64,000 bases of DNA. It comes from Chrysemys picta bellii (lineage: Eukaryota). Both the position numbers and the translations under genes were made by a program. The notes beneath the pieces were generated by a model. The model saw nothing but the letters and a program-made list of their open reading frames with translations, did no database searches and was not told the origin of the DNA. The stretch is from contig NC_088793.1 in assembly GCF_011386835.1 (NCBI RefSeq), forward strand, positions 53,692,001 through 53,756,000, written 5' to 3'. This document shows positions 26,701 to 39,300 of the stretch, piece after piece. The first letter of the stretch is position 1, and the number at the start of each line of letters is the position of its first letter.

Positions 26701-27499
26701 ACTATTTCCTTACAAATGTCATCCCTTCTGTCTCTATTTTCTTTCTTAACAAAAGGCCAAAACTCTGCAGATCTGTGCTTGTCCAAAGGCAAAAATATCA
26801 CTGTAATCAAAGATTGCAGGATCAGTTCCAATGATTGCAAAGGGAGTTTTGCTTGAGTTTGGACTGTAGAACTACTGAAAGGGCAGAGAGAGAGAGCACG
26901 AGAGAGAGTGTAAACTCAGTGTAGTTCCTGTCTTCATCATAATTTGGCTAATCCATCCTAGCCCATTAACCCTAGTAATATTTGTACCACCGTAACAATT
27001 TATTTCCTTCTTTCATAGTCAAGCCTTCCATATCCTTGTAGATGGCTAGCATGACCTTCATAGTTGGTTGCTAAAATATATTCCACATAATGGACCATAT
27101 CTGTTGTTGGTGTGTGTGATCTGCTATATCGCCATTGAAGTTAATAGGACTATACTGATTTACACCACTTGAGGCTCTGGCCCAGTTAGTTCTTTTAATT
27201 TTTTTTTCATGTCAGTTTTCCAAGCCCTTTGTTTATTGTGTTGGTCTTGTATGAAAAGTCTCCATTTTGTGAAATATTTATTCTCTTAAGGTTCTAAGAC
27301 TACATAAAGTATCCTAAGTGTGGTTTCAGCAGTGCCATAATGCCTATGTGTATTCAGACCCAAATCATTCTGGCTCTTAGTATTGCACTGCAAAGTCACA
27401 TCTTGTAACAGCTATATCTTGCAAATCCTCCAAATTGTGCTGTCTACTCTCAGCTCTAGCTATAACATGGCTGTTTTATGATGATCTCCCTCCCACTCT

Positions 27500-27910
27500 A
27501 TTGTTGTGTTCAATTTTGTTTGCCTGGATGTATTAGCTTGCTTTTTCTCTTCCCAAGATGACTTTTTTTTTTAATTGTCCTATTCGTATATCTATCCTTT
27601 TTAGACCCCCTTTGTAATGTACCTCTAACCTCGATAGTATTTGAAACATCTCCCAGTCTGGTATAATCTCTGAATGTGATTAATGTGTTGTTTAATCCTG
27701 CTTCCAGATCATTAATGAAGATGTTAAACAACGTTGGAACTAGCATCGATCCTTGTGGCACCCTACTGGACATGTGCCCCCAATTCAATGCATTGCCATT
27801 TATCATTACCCTAAGTTAATAGTCCAACTCAGCCAGTTTTAAATTCATAGGACTGTGCTCATAGCCAAGTAACTAGAACTGATTTGTCAGGGAAGGTTTT
27901 ATGAAGAATG
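27500..27910 (-). mobile_element. Old CR1 reverse-transcriptase fragment
   Basis: ORF 27510..27806: SRVPQGSMLVPTLFNIFINDLEAG..TLITFRDYTRLG, a decayed version of GVPQGSVLGPxLFNIFINDL..FADDTKLG. Confidence 0.85.
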
Positions 27911-29573
27911 TTTAAAGTACTTTATGGAACTCAAGAGGTTAGATTAATCCCTGGCTTATGCTGGTATGTCCTTCCTCTTCTGCAGGTGTAACTCAGGGCA
28001 CAGGAGACTTGGAAGCAGAAAGTCTGCTCAGAGGTTTCTGTAGCAGTAAAGGGGCCTGCAATTCTGTTTCAGCCTGGCATGGGTACCACAGCCAACCAGC
28101 ACAGCTCCAAAACTGGTTGGCACAGGGCAGAGACAGGTCATGGCAAAGGCATACAGAGTATGTTTTGGTTAAATGCATCCTCTGGGTAACCTCAAACAAC
28201 CATATATAACAGGACAAACCTTCCTTGGGGTTCAGTGGTCTCTTCTGGAACAGTAAGTGCATTGTGCACATTCCTGCACTAGAAGAGGTTAATATAATAT
28301 CTCTGTATGGCTGAAATGGTATTTTTAAACATTTTAACAGACTAAAATTTGTTTCAAGTGTGAGATAATAATGAACTGCTTCCATCTATCATAGTTACTT
28401 ATAGAATAATCACCATAGTATCTGAGTGCCTCACAATGTTTTGATTAGCCAAGCAAAGTAAGGTCTAACACTCTGTCTCTCTTTCTATCATCTGAAATTC
28501 CAAACTTTAGGAAAGGCATCAATGGGCAGGACATTATTGGTTTTGGTAAAAATGGAGTGGAAAATGGGGAAACATGGAGCCTTTTACATCTTGTTAGCAG
28601 AGCCACCAGCTTTAACCAAGTCTGTAATTGTCCACAGATCAAAGAACTGATTGATGGCAGTCATTCACACTTTCCAGCATAACAACATAACCATCACAGC
28701 TCTGCCCTTCCTCCCAATACAGTTTGAAAATGTTGACATCCTGAAGGACTTCTCTCCGAGACAGAAAAAAAATAGAAAAAGAAATAAGAATGGTGGGAAC
28801 ATGGGCGGCAGGTATAATAGGCCCTGCCACGGCTACCAAACCCCAGGTTGTGGAGTTTGGGGGGGAAGTTTTTGCTTTATTATGCACCATACAGGTTCAA
28901 GGATGGCGGAGGAGGAGGAGGAGGAATGTGCTATTCATATTCCCGGGTTTATTGATAATCTCCCTGGAATCCAGAGATATTACTGAGGAACCCAGGAAGC
29001 TGAGTAGCAAATACTGCCATCTTAGTTACCCCAGAGTGATATGCATCGGGCATACCAAATGCTTCTTTATGAGAGTGAGAGCTTTCCCCAGGGCAGCCTG
29101 GGGTCTGGGGTGGGGAGGCGTGTCACAGCTGCAGGTGGCCCAGGGCGCCTCCAGGCTGGGGGAGGGGCACTCGTGGCTCCTCTGGATGGGTGGGAGTGGG
29201 GCAGGGGATCTTGGGGCTCTGGTTGTGGGGGGGGCATGGGAGGAAGGGGCAGAGCTGGGGATAAGGGGGGCTCCACCTGCCATCCATGGGTGGAAATCAC
29301 TGGCATGGGCAAAGGTGGAAAAAGGGGGGGCCCTTGCATGAAGGGAAGGGGCTGTGCACAGAGCCCCTGGAATGTGGCAGAGAGGGGGCACAAAGAATCC
29401 TTGGTATGAGAGAGGTAGTCGGGGGGGCGGTTGCAGTGAGTCCCTGAAATCCAGGGAGATGGGTAGGGTGATGCACAGGGAGATTGTTGGGATGTGGGAA
29501 ATGGAGGGATGCTCAGAGCCCCTGGTATGCACAATGCTTTTGGCCTACAGAAGCAACAAAGCGTATATGTATA

Positions 29574-29700
29574 CTCACAATACTCCTTCTGAGGTAGGGA
29601 AATGCAACTATCCTCACTATACAAATAGGGAACTGAGGCACAGATAGACTAAGTGAGTTGCCCAAAGTCACACAGGAAGTGTGTGGCAGAGATGGAAACT
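29574..29700 (-). mobile_element. MIR/CORE-SINE remnant
   Basis: ggaactgaggcacaga..aagtgagttgcccaaagtcacacagga matches the reverse of the CORE-SINE domain. Confidence 0.7.
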
Positions 29701-30331
29701 CCCAAGATCTAGGTTAGGATCATCCTTCCTTCATGCTTCCACATATGGACTTAAAATCTGTCCGCTAACATCTCTATATGCCACTCAAACCATGGCATGA
29801 AGCATGGCATGAAAGTTTATTAAAATAAGAGGAAAAAAGCAAAAATGAATGATCTTTTCACCGGTTTTGGATTTTCCTTATATTTTAGTGGCCCAAATTT
29901 TAAAAATTAGATGCCATATTTAGGCTGCTAAATAAACAACATGGTTTTTCAGGGGTCCTGAGCACATACAGCTTTCATTAAAGCACTTTGAAATAAAGGT
30001 TTTGTTTGTTTTTTAAACAAAATAAACTTTGGAGAGTTAGATCATAATGTACAGGTGAATGAACGTCTTGACTAGACATAAGGTTTTTTGTGAATGACCT
30101 TCCATTTTCTAATGTAAGGTCTCACTAGATCAGGATTAGGTGCCAAACATTAGACCTCTAACTCTAGTTATAGGCTGCTAAGTTGGCCTGATTTTCAGAA
30201 GTGCTGATTTCAACAGGAACTGTAGGTGAAATTAAAACACATTTAAATTGAACATCAATTATTTGAATAATTAACTGTTTAGCTTAAAAAAAAAGACACT
30301 ATTGAGCTAGGATTCTTTATTGTTGTTAAGA

Positions 30332-30600
30332 ATCAGAGGGGTAGCCGTGTTAGTCTGAATCTGTAAAAAGCAACAGAGGGTCCTGTGGCACCTTTAAGAC
30401 TAACAGAAGTATTGGGAGCATAATCTTTCGTGGGTAAGAACCTCACTTCTTCAGATGCAAGTAATGGAAATCTGAAATACCTGCCTCTGGAGATTTCCAT
30501 TACTTGCATCTGAAGAAGTGAGGTTCTTACCCACAAAAGCTTATGCTGCCAATACTTCTGTTAATCTTAAAGGTGCCACAGGACCCTCTGTTGCTTTTTA
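30332..30600. mobile_element. Fold-back Penelope pLTR remnant with two inverted hammerhead motifs
   Basis: Inverted arms 30364-30473 / 30491-30600. Minus unit 30418-30458 has CTGAAGA and GAAA; plus unit 30506-30546 has CTGAAGA but AAAA. 12-bp flanking duplication tttattgttgtt (30316-30327 / 30597-30608). Confidence 0.88.
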
Positions 30601-31336
30601 TTGTTGTTGTTGTTGATCTTATCCTAACAACAGAATGATGAAACTTCATCAGAATAAATATGCTAAAAATAGGAAGTTTCACATTATCAAAAAGTCAAAG
30701 TCCACCTACATTTTTAGAATAAAAATCCTGCAGTGCTCTCCCGAGCAATGGTGTGAACTTGTTTCTTTTTGCAGGGTTAAGTACAGTTCAAGACCAGTAC
30801 TGCAAGGTTTTAAGCACCCTGCACTCCCAGCTCAGTTTAATGGGAGTGAAAAGATTCTCTGTATCTTGCTGAAGTTGCTCAGCAAATTGCAGAATTAGGC
30901 CTGGTGATGAAATATGATCATAAGTGATTGTTTGACTTTTAAGATTTCATGCTAGACTAGGAAACAGTATCCGACAGTTTCAATACCCTTACCCACAAGG
31001 GAGAAACAGTGATCATGCCAATGATTACAAGCCATTGACACTGAACAGGTCTATTTTCCCAAATAATGAACCAGGTCTTGTTGAATGTGCCATTGAGCTG
31101 GGAAAAAAACGTCTTAGACTCCAGGATACTTCATACACAAGATCCGAAACAATATAACTATTGAACATTATGGTAATTGAGTCCAGACGCCCACAAAGAA
31201 AGTGGAGCTTTCTTAAGTCTAATTTTCTTGTGAGAAAGGGGAACCAGACGCACACAGATAAAGATCTGGGCTTAGTAGGAGAATATAAATTGATTATGTT
31301 CTATACTGTTCCTATAAGTTCAGAGGAAAACCTATT

Positions 31337-32637
31337 TGTGGCACTCTGCACCTCAAAGCAGGACCCTGAAAACTCCATTTTCACTCCTGTCATATCATTA
31401 TGATATATTTCATACAAAGCATGCCATGTAAGATATCACATGAAAAGTCATGATCTGCTGAAACCCACTGTTCAGTCAAAATATGTATATCATTAGTGTA
31501 TATGAAGTTATGAGATTTTGCTGTATGATTGTTACTGAAATACGTTGTAAGTTTGAGGCCTTGGCTACACTGGCGCTGTACAGCGCTGCGACTTGCTGCG
31601 CTCAGGGGTGTGAAAACGCCCCCCCCCCCAAGCGCAATGAGTGCAGCGCTGTAAAGCCCCAGTGTAATCAGAGCCTGAAGCACTGCACACTTGCTCGCAG
31701 CGCTGCAAGCTACTCCCCTCGGAGAGGTGGAGTACATACAGCGCTGCGAAACTCTCTCGCAGCGCTGGCGACGCGACTACACTCGCGCTTCACAGCGCTG
31801 CCATGGCAGCGCTGTGAATTCCCGAGTGTAGCCAAGGCCTGAGAGTCTCCACTGCTAGTTCTCCAGGGACAACAAAGGAGATATCCCACTCCCAGGAGGG
31901 TGTTAAATGACCATTAATCAGCAGGGAGTTGCAATCAAGGGATATACAATGCTGTAAAAGGGATGCACAAGCATCATACAATGGGGGATTGCTCTATTCT
32001 TGTGACTCAGCAAAGCCCACCAGGACATATCCAGGCTAGTGTTTTCCAGACAATAGACTGAGGATATAAAAAGAGAAAATCTGCTTGATCCAAATACTGC
32101 CGAGTTTAATACAGTAAGGTTTAAGATTTAGACTATGAGCTTATCTTTTATTTTCTTTGGTAACTATCTCTGACCTTTTGTGACTACTTCTTATAATCAC
32201 TTAAAATTTATCTTTCTGTAATTAATAAATCTGTTTTATATTTTACTTAAAACTGTGTGTTTTGGTTGAAGTGCTTGGAAAATCTCAGCTCGGGTTACAA
32301 AGGCTAGTGCCTGTCCTCTCCAAGTTGAGGGAGGGGCAGACTGGGTAATGAATTTACACTCATCAAGCTTCTGACCAAAGCAAGATGGTACAATTCCAGG
32401 GTACGAGTCTTAAAGGCTTGGAGATTTGCTGGTGCCTTTCTCTGTATGATCCGGGAGTAACTCAGGGAATTTAGCTGGACTTGGGGCTCCACATGTTGTT
32501 GTGCTAAGTGACAACAGTGCCTGGAGGGGTTTTATGCTTGTCACTAGCAAAGCATTCTGAGAGACAGCCCAGGCTGGAGAGTTAAGGGGGCACAGTGGTA
32601 CCCCCATTCCAGGTTGCACCCCGAGAACTCTGTTATA
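31337..32637 (+). mobile_element. Solo LTR with nested Harbinger MITE
   Basis: Starts tgtggcactctgcacctc, ends ggttgcacccc..tgttata (decayed ..gtcaca), TSD CTATT/CTATC, TATA-like gatataaaaagag, AATAAA near 32223. Confidence 0.7.
31557..31839. mobile_element. Young-looking PIF/Harbinger MITE
   Basis: Perfect 15-bp TIRs ggccttggctacact / agtgtagccaaggcc, 3-bp TSD TGA, CpG-rich, seven CAGCGCTG motifs. Confidence 0.92.
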
Positions 32638-33444
32638 CTATCTAACTTAGCTTATATTTAAACATCAGTTTAAATAAGATTTTTTGCATTAGACTGCTAG
32701 CTGTATTTAAATCCCCCCCTCCCTGCCCCCCAGAATGATGTCTTCCAACTTTTCAATAAAAATACTTTATTTTAAGAAGGAAGTTGGTCAATCTATCATT
32801 GGTCACTGGTTCCCAACAGGGGGACTCACAGGCTTCCAAAACCCAGTCAGACTTGCAGAATGATAAGTGGTCAGTATATCCTAGGTAGTGTAGCTGAATC
32901 CTGGTCTAAGAGTGGAAGAATCCTGAGATTCCACCTTGATACAAGTAAGGGTAAGAGGCATAACAGGCCATTAGAGTATTCTACGGTGAATAAAAGGGGA
33001 ATTGGACTGAACTTATCTTGATTTTTTGAGTAAATGAAATTGCTAAATGGAAACTAAGACACAGATTTTGCACCCATTGCAGTGAATGGGAGTTTTGTCA
33101 TATTACAACCTGAAATGGGTACTTCATAGATTAAACAGATAATGACAAAAAATTCAATATCATAATTTGTTTTGAGTGAGAGCCAATTTTTACACTCTCA
33201 TGCATACCTTTATTCTTTATGTTCTTCTAAGAGGGCAGCTCCTTTTAAAACTCATTTATCAAACTAGCACAAAATTATGTCTCTTTTAAGCTTTTCATTT
33301 CATTGACTTTAAAGATGTGAAATCCACAGTTCTTATGCTCTGATTATAAGGAAAGGAAAATTAAATTTAACTTTTATTTCCGATCACTGCTATAATGTTT
33401 CATTAGAATGGAAATCTTTACATGCACTTTAAGTCCGTCCTTAC

Positions 33445-33604
33445 CTGTGAAACCATGAAGACACAGGCATTGAAACTGTGGTTGCTCTTTCGATTGACTC
33501 ATATCGATACAAGTAGCTCCATTGTAGCAATTGTCAGGGTAAATTAAACATGCATTTTCAACAGATTGGCAGAATTCCCCTGTCCATCCAGGAGCACAGA
33601 GACA
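33445..33604 (-). CDS. EYS: EYS coding exon (equivalent to human exon 9), 160 nt, phase 0 to phase 1
   Basis: Acceptor tttgtttcttatttctag|TGT, donor ACAG|gtaagg. Translates CLCAPGWTGEFCQSVENACLIYPDNCYNGATCIDMSQSKEQPQFQCLCLHGFT(G) and continues the previous exon in frame. Missed by the ORF track. Confidence 0.95.
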
Positions 33605-34055
33605 CTAGAAATAAGAAACAAAACACTGAAAAAGTTTGCAGATATTTCATCTATTTTATTATGCACCAAAGTAACAGCATAATGAAACATTGGGTGTTTG
33701 CAACCAGCTACGTACACATGCAGTTACAGATGGTAAACACTCCTGACTCAACATAAAGAACACATTTACTAACTTGGATGTTGGGAAGGGGGTAAGTAAG
33801 TAAGGGTAAGGGGCAGGGTTATAAACATAGCTGGGACTAAATCAGTGAGGTTGAGGGAGTGCAGATAGGAGCTACCTTCAAAAGCAAAAAGGCTGGGCTA
33901 CAGAAGAAGATCACTTGGCAGTGGTGGGGAGAAGACCCAGGCAATGTAAGCAATCAGTCTGGGAAGCCAAATGATTTAGCCAATGGCTAACTAAGCAGCC
34001 ACAAGGCAGAGGGGTATGGGAGAGCCTCCATCATCCAGTCTGCCGTTATCGGATG

Positions 34056-34057
<2 letters not shown>

Positions 34058-34090
<33 letters not shown>
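34058..34090. repeat. (TA)n microsatellite
   Basis: Direct reading. Confidence 0.95.
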
Positions 34091-34093
<3 letters not shown>

Positions 34094-34141
34094 GGAAAAT
34101 AGGGTGAGAGGCTATGTTTGCTATGTTGAGGTAAACTAAAA

Positions 34142-34473
34142 CAGGGATCGGCAACCTTTGGCACACAGCCAGTCAGGGAAATCTGCTGGCGGGCCAGGAC
34201 AGTTTGTTTACCTGCAGCATCTGCAGGTTCGGCCAATTGCAGCTTCCACTGGCCGTGGTTCACCGTTCCAGGCCAATGGGGGCTGTGGGAAGTGGTGCAG
34301 GCTGAGGGATGTATTGGCCGTCGCTTCCCGCAGCCCCCATTGGCTGGAACGGCGAACTGCGGCCAGTGGGAGCTGCAATCGGCCAAACCTGTGGATGCAG
34401 CAGGTAAACAAACCATCCTGGCCCACCAGTGGATTTCCCTGATGGACCACGTGCCAAAGGTTACTGATCTCTG
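34142..34473. mobile_element. Palindromic hAT-type MITE
   Basis: TIRs cagggatcggcaacctttggcac / gtgccaaaggttactgatctctg, 8-bp TSD AACTAAAA/AACTAGCA. Interior homologous to 13553-13875. Confidence 0.85.
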
Positions 34474-34619
34474 AACTAGCATTTTAGAGTAAAGGAGATA
34501 TTAACAAGGATTTTTTAAAAAAACTAAAGTAATTTATGTTTTGTAGATAAGATTTATGTCAAAATAACTATCTTTAGTGTTATCAGAAGTGATTTTTCTT
34601 TAATATTACGTCCATTTCC

Positions 34620-34780
34620 CACCCTTCTTGTTAGTCTCAGTATTATTTAACATCTTTCTTAATGATCTGGAGGTAGGGTTCAATACCACAATCACATTCA
34701 GAGAATATTACAAACTAGGAGATGTTGCAAACACTGCTGAGGACAGAAAATACCACAAAAGGGCTGAAAGAGGTAAGATA
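34620..34780 (+). mobile_element. Old CR1 reverse-transcriptase fragment
   Basis: LFNIFLNDLEVG..TITFREYYKLGDVANT, the same RT segment as 27500-27910 in the opposite orientation. Confidence 0.75.
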
Positions 34781-36357
34781 TATGACAGAAAAATGTTGGC
34801 ATATCTTTTGTCTTTTTATACTGTGCAATCTTTGAGGCAAGGGCTAAGTTTGGAAAGCACCTAGCACACTTAGGGTATCACCACAATCTAAAAAAATAAA
34901 TTACATAAATAACAAAACACCCCACACGGAGACACCATATTTTTAAAAGAATATTATTAAGTTTGCAAACTTAAGCACTCAGAAGTAAGGAATTGACAAA
35001 ATAAGGGATGCCTGTGAAACTTTAATTATGCCCCTTTGTGCATCTATATTATGATACAGTCTTTAATTATATGATCACCTACTACTTTTTCCACAGGTCT
35101 CCTACCTCATTCAGTGCTCACTAAAAAAGCAGCCAGTCAATATTTCTTTTTATATTCATAATTCACCATGTGGCCCAGGCCTTGTTTACTACACACTTTA
35201 TTTACTGCACTGAAGGTAAAATTATTAATTACCTTAAGGTCTTTTCTATGGTGCTTTCATTGTAGAATCTGAGTGCTTCACAAGCATTGGAGAATGTAGC
35301 TGCCAAACATAGACAAGCCTCTACTGAGCATGTTCAAACTCCAGTTTTTCTGAGATTTATAATTGGGCCAAATTTAAGCAACTTTTCACAGGAATGACAA
35401 TAAACATATCCCAAACATCAAGGTCATCCCTCTGCCATACTTCAAGTCCCCACTCCAAAGCATGCAATAGTAGTAAGGATCTTTTAACATGGGTGAAGCA
35501 ACATATTTTTCCCTAAACTTGATTTCAGTAATAGCTAAATTGTTTTAACTGAAACTTTCCTTAAAAATGCAGCCTGAGGTAGATACCCTGCATGGAAAAT
35601 TTCAGCCTCAATGTTTAAAGTTTGGCAAAGTAATGAGCAACTTAAAACAGGATCTTATAATGGAAAGTGTTAGGCAACCTTAACTACACTGCCATTATTT
35701 GTGCCACCCATAACAGAAAGTGCAGGAAACTGTAACAAAGTATAATTTACTCTATAGATTAGTCTATTCCAGTGGGGTTCCCAACCTTTTTCTCTGATGT
35801 GACTCACCTTGATACCTTTAATTATTTTGAGGCACACTACCAGATTGTCTCCAAATGAACTCACCCTCTAATTGCCTCAATTTAAGCTGTTTACCACCCT
35901 TGCCATTCATAGTCTGTACAATAAAGTTAATGATATTATAGTCTAACATCTTTAATTTTATTGTACAGACTGTGACAAATATTTTCAGCTGACTCACACC
36001 ATTCACACCAAGAAGATGCCAAATTAAAAAATACATTGTTTTATATGATGAAAAACAAATAATACAAAAATTGTACCAGTCAAGAAACATCAACTAATGA
36101 TATTATTTTGTATCAAGACTTATGGTATTACATTTTCAAGGCACTTCTTCTTTTGTATGGCTTTGGAAGTGAGCAACATCAAATGCCAAACTCCAATTCA
36201 GACATCCAAGCCTAGCGCTATTGGACATGGAATGGAACTCAGACATGTTGCTTTGAATTTGATGAATAGAGCAATGCTGCACACTGTGATTCACAGTCTT
36301 TGATGAATGGCCACAAATTATAGAAAAAAAATAAAAATAAATAACAAAAATAAACTT

Positions 36358-39300
36358 TTAATGGGACATCTGAGCTTGCCTTGATGCGCACAGTTGTTTA
36401 TTCCTGGGAGGAAATGTTGACAGTGCCACTCTGATATCTTGCTCCACCGACCTCAGATGCTCTCTTTGTTTATTATTGATGTAAGTCAAACTTGAAAAAC
36501 TTAACTTGCACAGGTTGTTGAAAAGAGCAACAGAATGGAGATAACATGGTCAGATATTACAGGATATTCACCTCCCACTTTCAATTGGAAAGAGTCCAAA
36601 GGCATATCATCAAACTTTATTTTCAAAGTGCAGTCCGTTCTTAATTTGGCAAGCTGACCTTGAGCTGTTATTGTAACATTCTTAGCACTGAAGAAAACTA
36701 TGAAGTGAATTGTTCTGCCAGACTTTCCAAATGCTCAGAAATGGCGTTGACCAAAATTCCACCACCAGGATATGGTGCATTTGCCAAGGGGAATATTTGT
36801 ATTGTTCCTTTTGGTATTTTTTCAAATCAGAGGGCTAACTTGGACCTAAACCCATGCCATTTATCTTTGCTGCAGAGAAGATGCTCGTTTCTACTTTGCA
36901 TTTTCCTGTTCAGTTCATTGAAGTGGCAGAATATATCAGTCAGGTAGGCAAGCTTGTGCACCATGCCACATCAGTGATCAGTCTGTGTACATTGATTTCT
37001 CTAAGGTTAAGAACATTTTGATCTCCTCACTCAACTCATACAAGCGTAAGAGAACTCTTACATGGGAAATTCAGCATGCTTCAATGTGCAAAAGTAAATT
37101 GTGGTGCTTTGCACCCATTTCCTTACACAGAAAGGAGAAAAAGTATGATTTTAAGGGCCGCGATTTTATAAAGTTCACTATCTTTACTGTTCCATCTAAC
37201 AGTAAAGACAGTTCTTCTGGCAATGTTTTGGCAATGAGAGTTTCACAGTGCGGGAAACGGTGAGTCATCAACATGTCTGGGTTTTGTTCACTGACCCTGC
37301 TTACAAACCTGTTCATTTTGCCAGTCATGGAGGCTATCCCATCGGTGCAAACACTGATATAATTTTCCAGTAACTTCTCCTTTCTCAAGGTAGGCTGTTG
37401 TCACACTGACTATTTCCTCTCCAGTCATGTGACCTGGCATTTCTTTGCAAAACAAAAATTGTCTTTGATACTATCTCCGTCAAATACTTTACCAAGAGTT
37501 GAGCATGGCCACTGATATCTGTCAATTCGTCAAGCTGCAATGCAAATTTTCCGCTTGATTTTATTTTTTCTCAGCGCACCATCTCAATATTACCTGATAC
37601 GTCACCAATGCGGCAACTTATTGCATTATCTGAAGGGGGAACTTTTTCAATTTCCTTGACTGTATATGTACCTAATATTACTTGCACAATTTAATTGCCT
37701 GCTGGTAAAAATAATGTCTCTGTGATTGTATGTGGCTTTTTTACCTCTGCTACAAGCTCAGTGACCACATACCTTGCTTCCAGCGTTTTGTCAGAAACAG
37801 GTGCATAATCTAGCATCAGTCATGCATGCTTTTAATTCTGATCCCTCAAACACTTAAAAAAATCATGTCCTTCTAGGCAACGGATGAATGTTTGCTTGTC
37901 AGGTGTCATTTTAATTTACCTAGTGCCATGGCGTGATTTGAGGGTTTCTCCCCACACAAAAGACATTGTGGAAGAGCGCAAGATGCTTCCTCTGTAGATG
38001 AAAATCCATACTGCAGGTAGCTCTCACAGAAGTGTCTGTTCATCACTATCACTTTCTTAGTTTCATGTTCAGCTTCATCACTGCAGTAGATGTGGAACCG
38101 CCAAAATCTTTTTTTCTTGATGTAAGCAGAGTCAGGATGAGCTCTACCCTGACATCTGGTGGTGAATTATGGAGAGTGTGGAAAAGAACTCCAGGGGCTG
38201 ATCTGGTTTGCATAGCCACACCCACTCGCCTGGCATGAAACAACAGCAACTCAAAGTGGTTACTTTGGCTGGTGTGGGATCCCCAGTTTCTCTATTATTG
38301 GGGCAGGAAGAATAAAGTTTTGTTACTCTGATTCTGTGAATCAAGGCCAGTGGAACTGTTGTATGACAGAAGGACTGAGTGAGTCCTTCACCATTACCTA
38401 AGTAGCACTTGCTTAACAAGGGGCATGGGTTACAAAACCCAGTGAATTGAGAGAGGATGGGGACAGGTATTTATACCTGATGGTATGGGCCCTCTTTGAG
38501 GGTTTGAAACACCAATTGCACTACCTCCTCTCTCCACTGTTGAATGTCAGCGCTAACTTTGATTCCATTAGGAGTCTAGTTACAGGCTGCTGAGCTGAAT
38601 TCACTTTGGGCCAATGGTGCACTAGCACTGGGGCTCCCCTACTATGAGCTGAAATTGCTAAGAGCTGAAATCACAAAAGAGCTAAAGTTATTAAGAGCTG
38701 AGATCACTGAGACTGTGTTAACTAGTGGGGGAGCCTGAAGCTATATTGCTCAGCGGCTGGCAGAGCAGCTAGCAGAGTGGAGCCTCACGAGGACGGTTGG
38801 AGCGGAGCTGAGCGACTCACAGGTTGGTGAGCAGGGCGGAGCAGCTGGAGAAGCAGCGAGCAGAGCGAAGCCTTGTGGGAGCGGCCCAAGGAACAGCTGA
38901 AGTGGAGCAGAGCTGAGCGGCTCACAGGTTGGTGAGCAGAGCGGAGCAGCTGCCAGAGCAGTTTGTGGATGGCGGGAGCGGCTCACGGGACAGCTGGTGG
39001 AGTGGAGCGGAGCGGCTCGTGGAGAAGGCTGTGGCGGAACCCTAGGGAGAGGCAGCCGGTTGGCCTCGGATCACGTAAGGTGCCCCTTAACACCCTGTGT
39101 GCCTTCTCCCCCCCGCCCCCTCCCGCTTGAACTCTGGGGCTGCACTGACCAGGGACAGAGACTTTGGGGGGGTTGTTGGACTTTTGGGACTTTGGTGATC
39201 CTTGGGTTGCTGGACCCAAGAGATTTTGGGGTTGTTGGACCCTTGGGACTTTGGTGATTCTTGGGTTGCTGGTCTCAAGAACCAAAGGGAAAGGACACAG

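Noticed and set aside
28651-29647. Cluster of overlapping 100-185 aa ORFs
   Set aside because: GC-rich low-complexity, repeat-like sequence is stop-poor on both strands; no recognisable domain.
39167-39290. CRISPR-like or regulatory direct-repeat array
   Set aside because: Only two ~58-bp tandem units without unique spacers, inside a vertebrate LTR.
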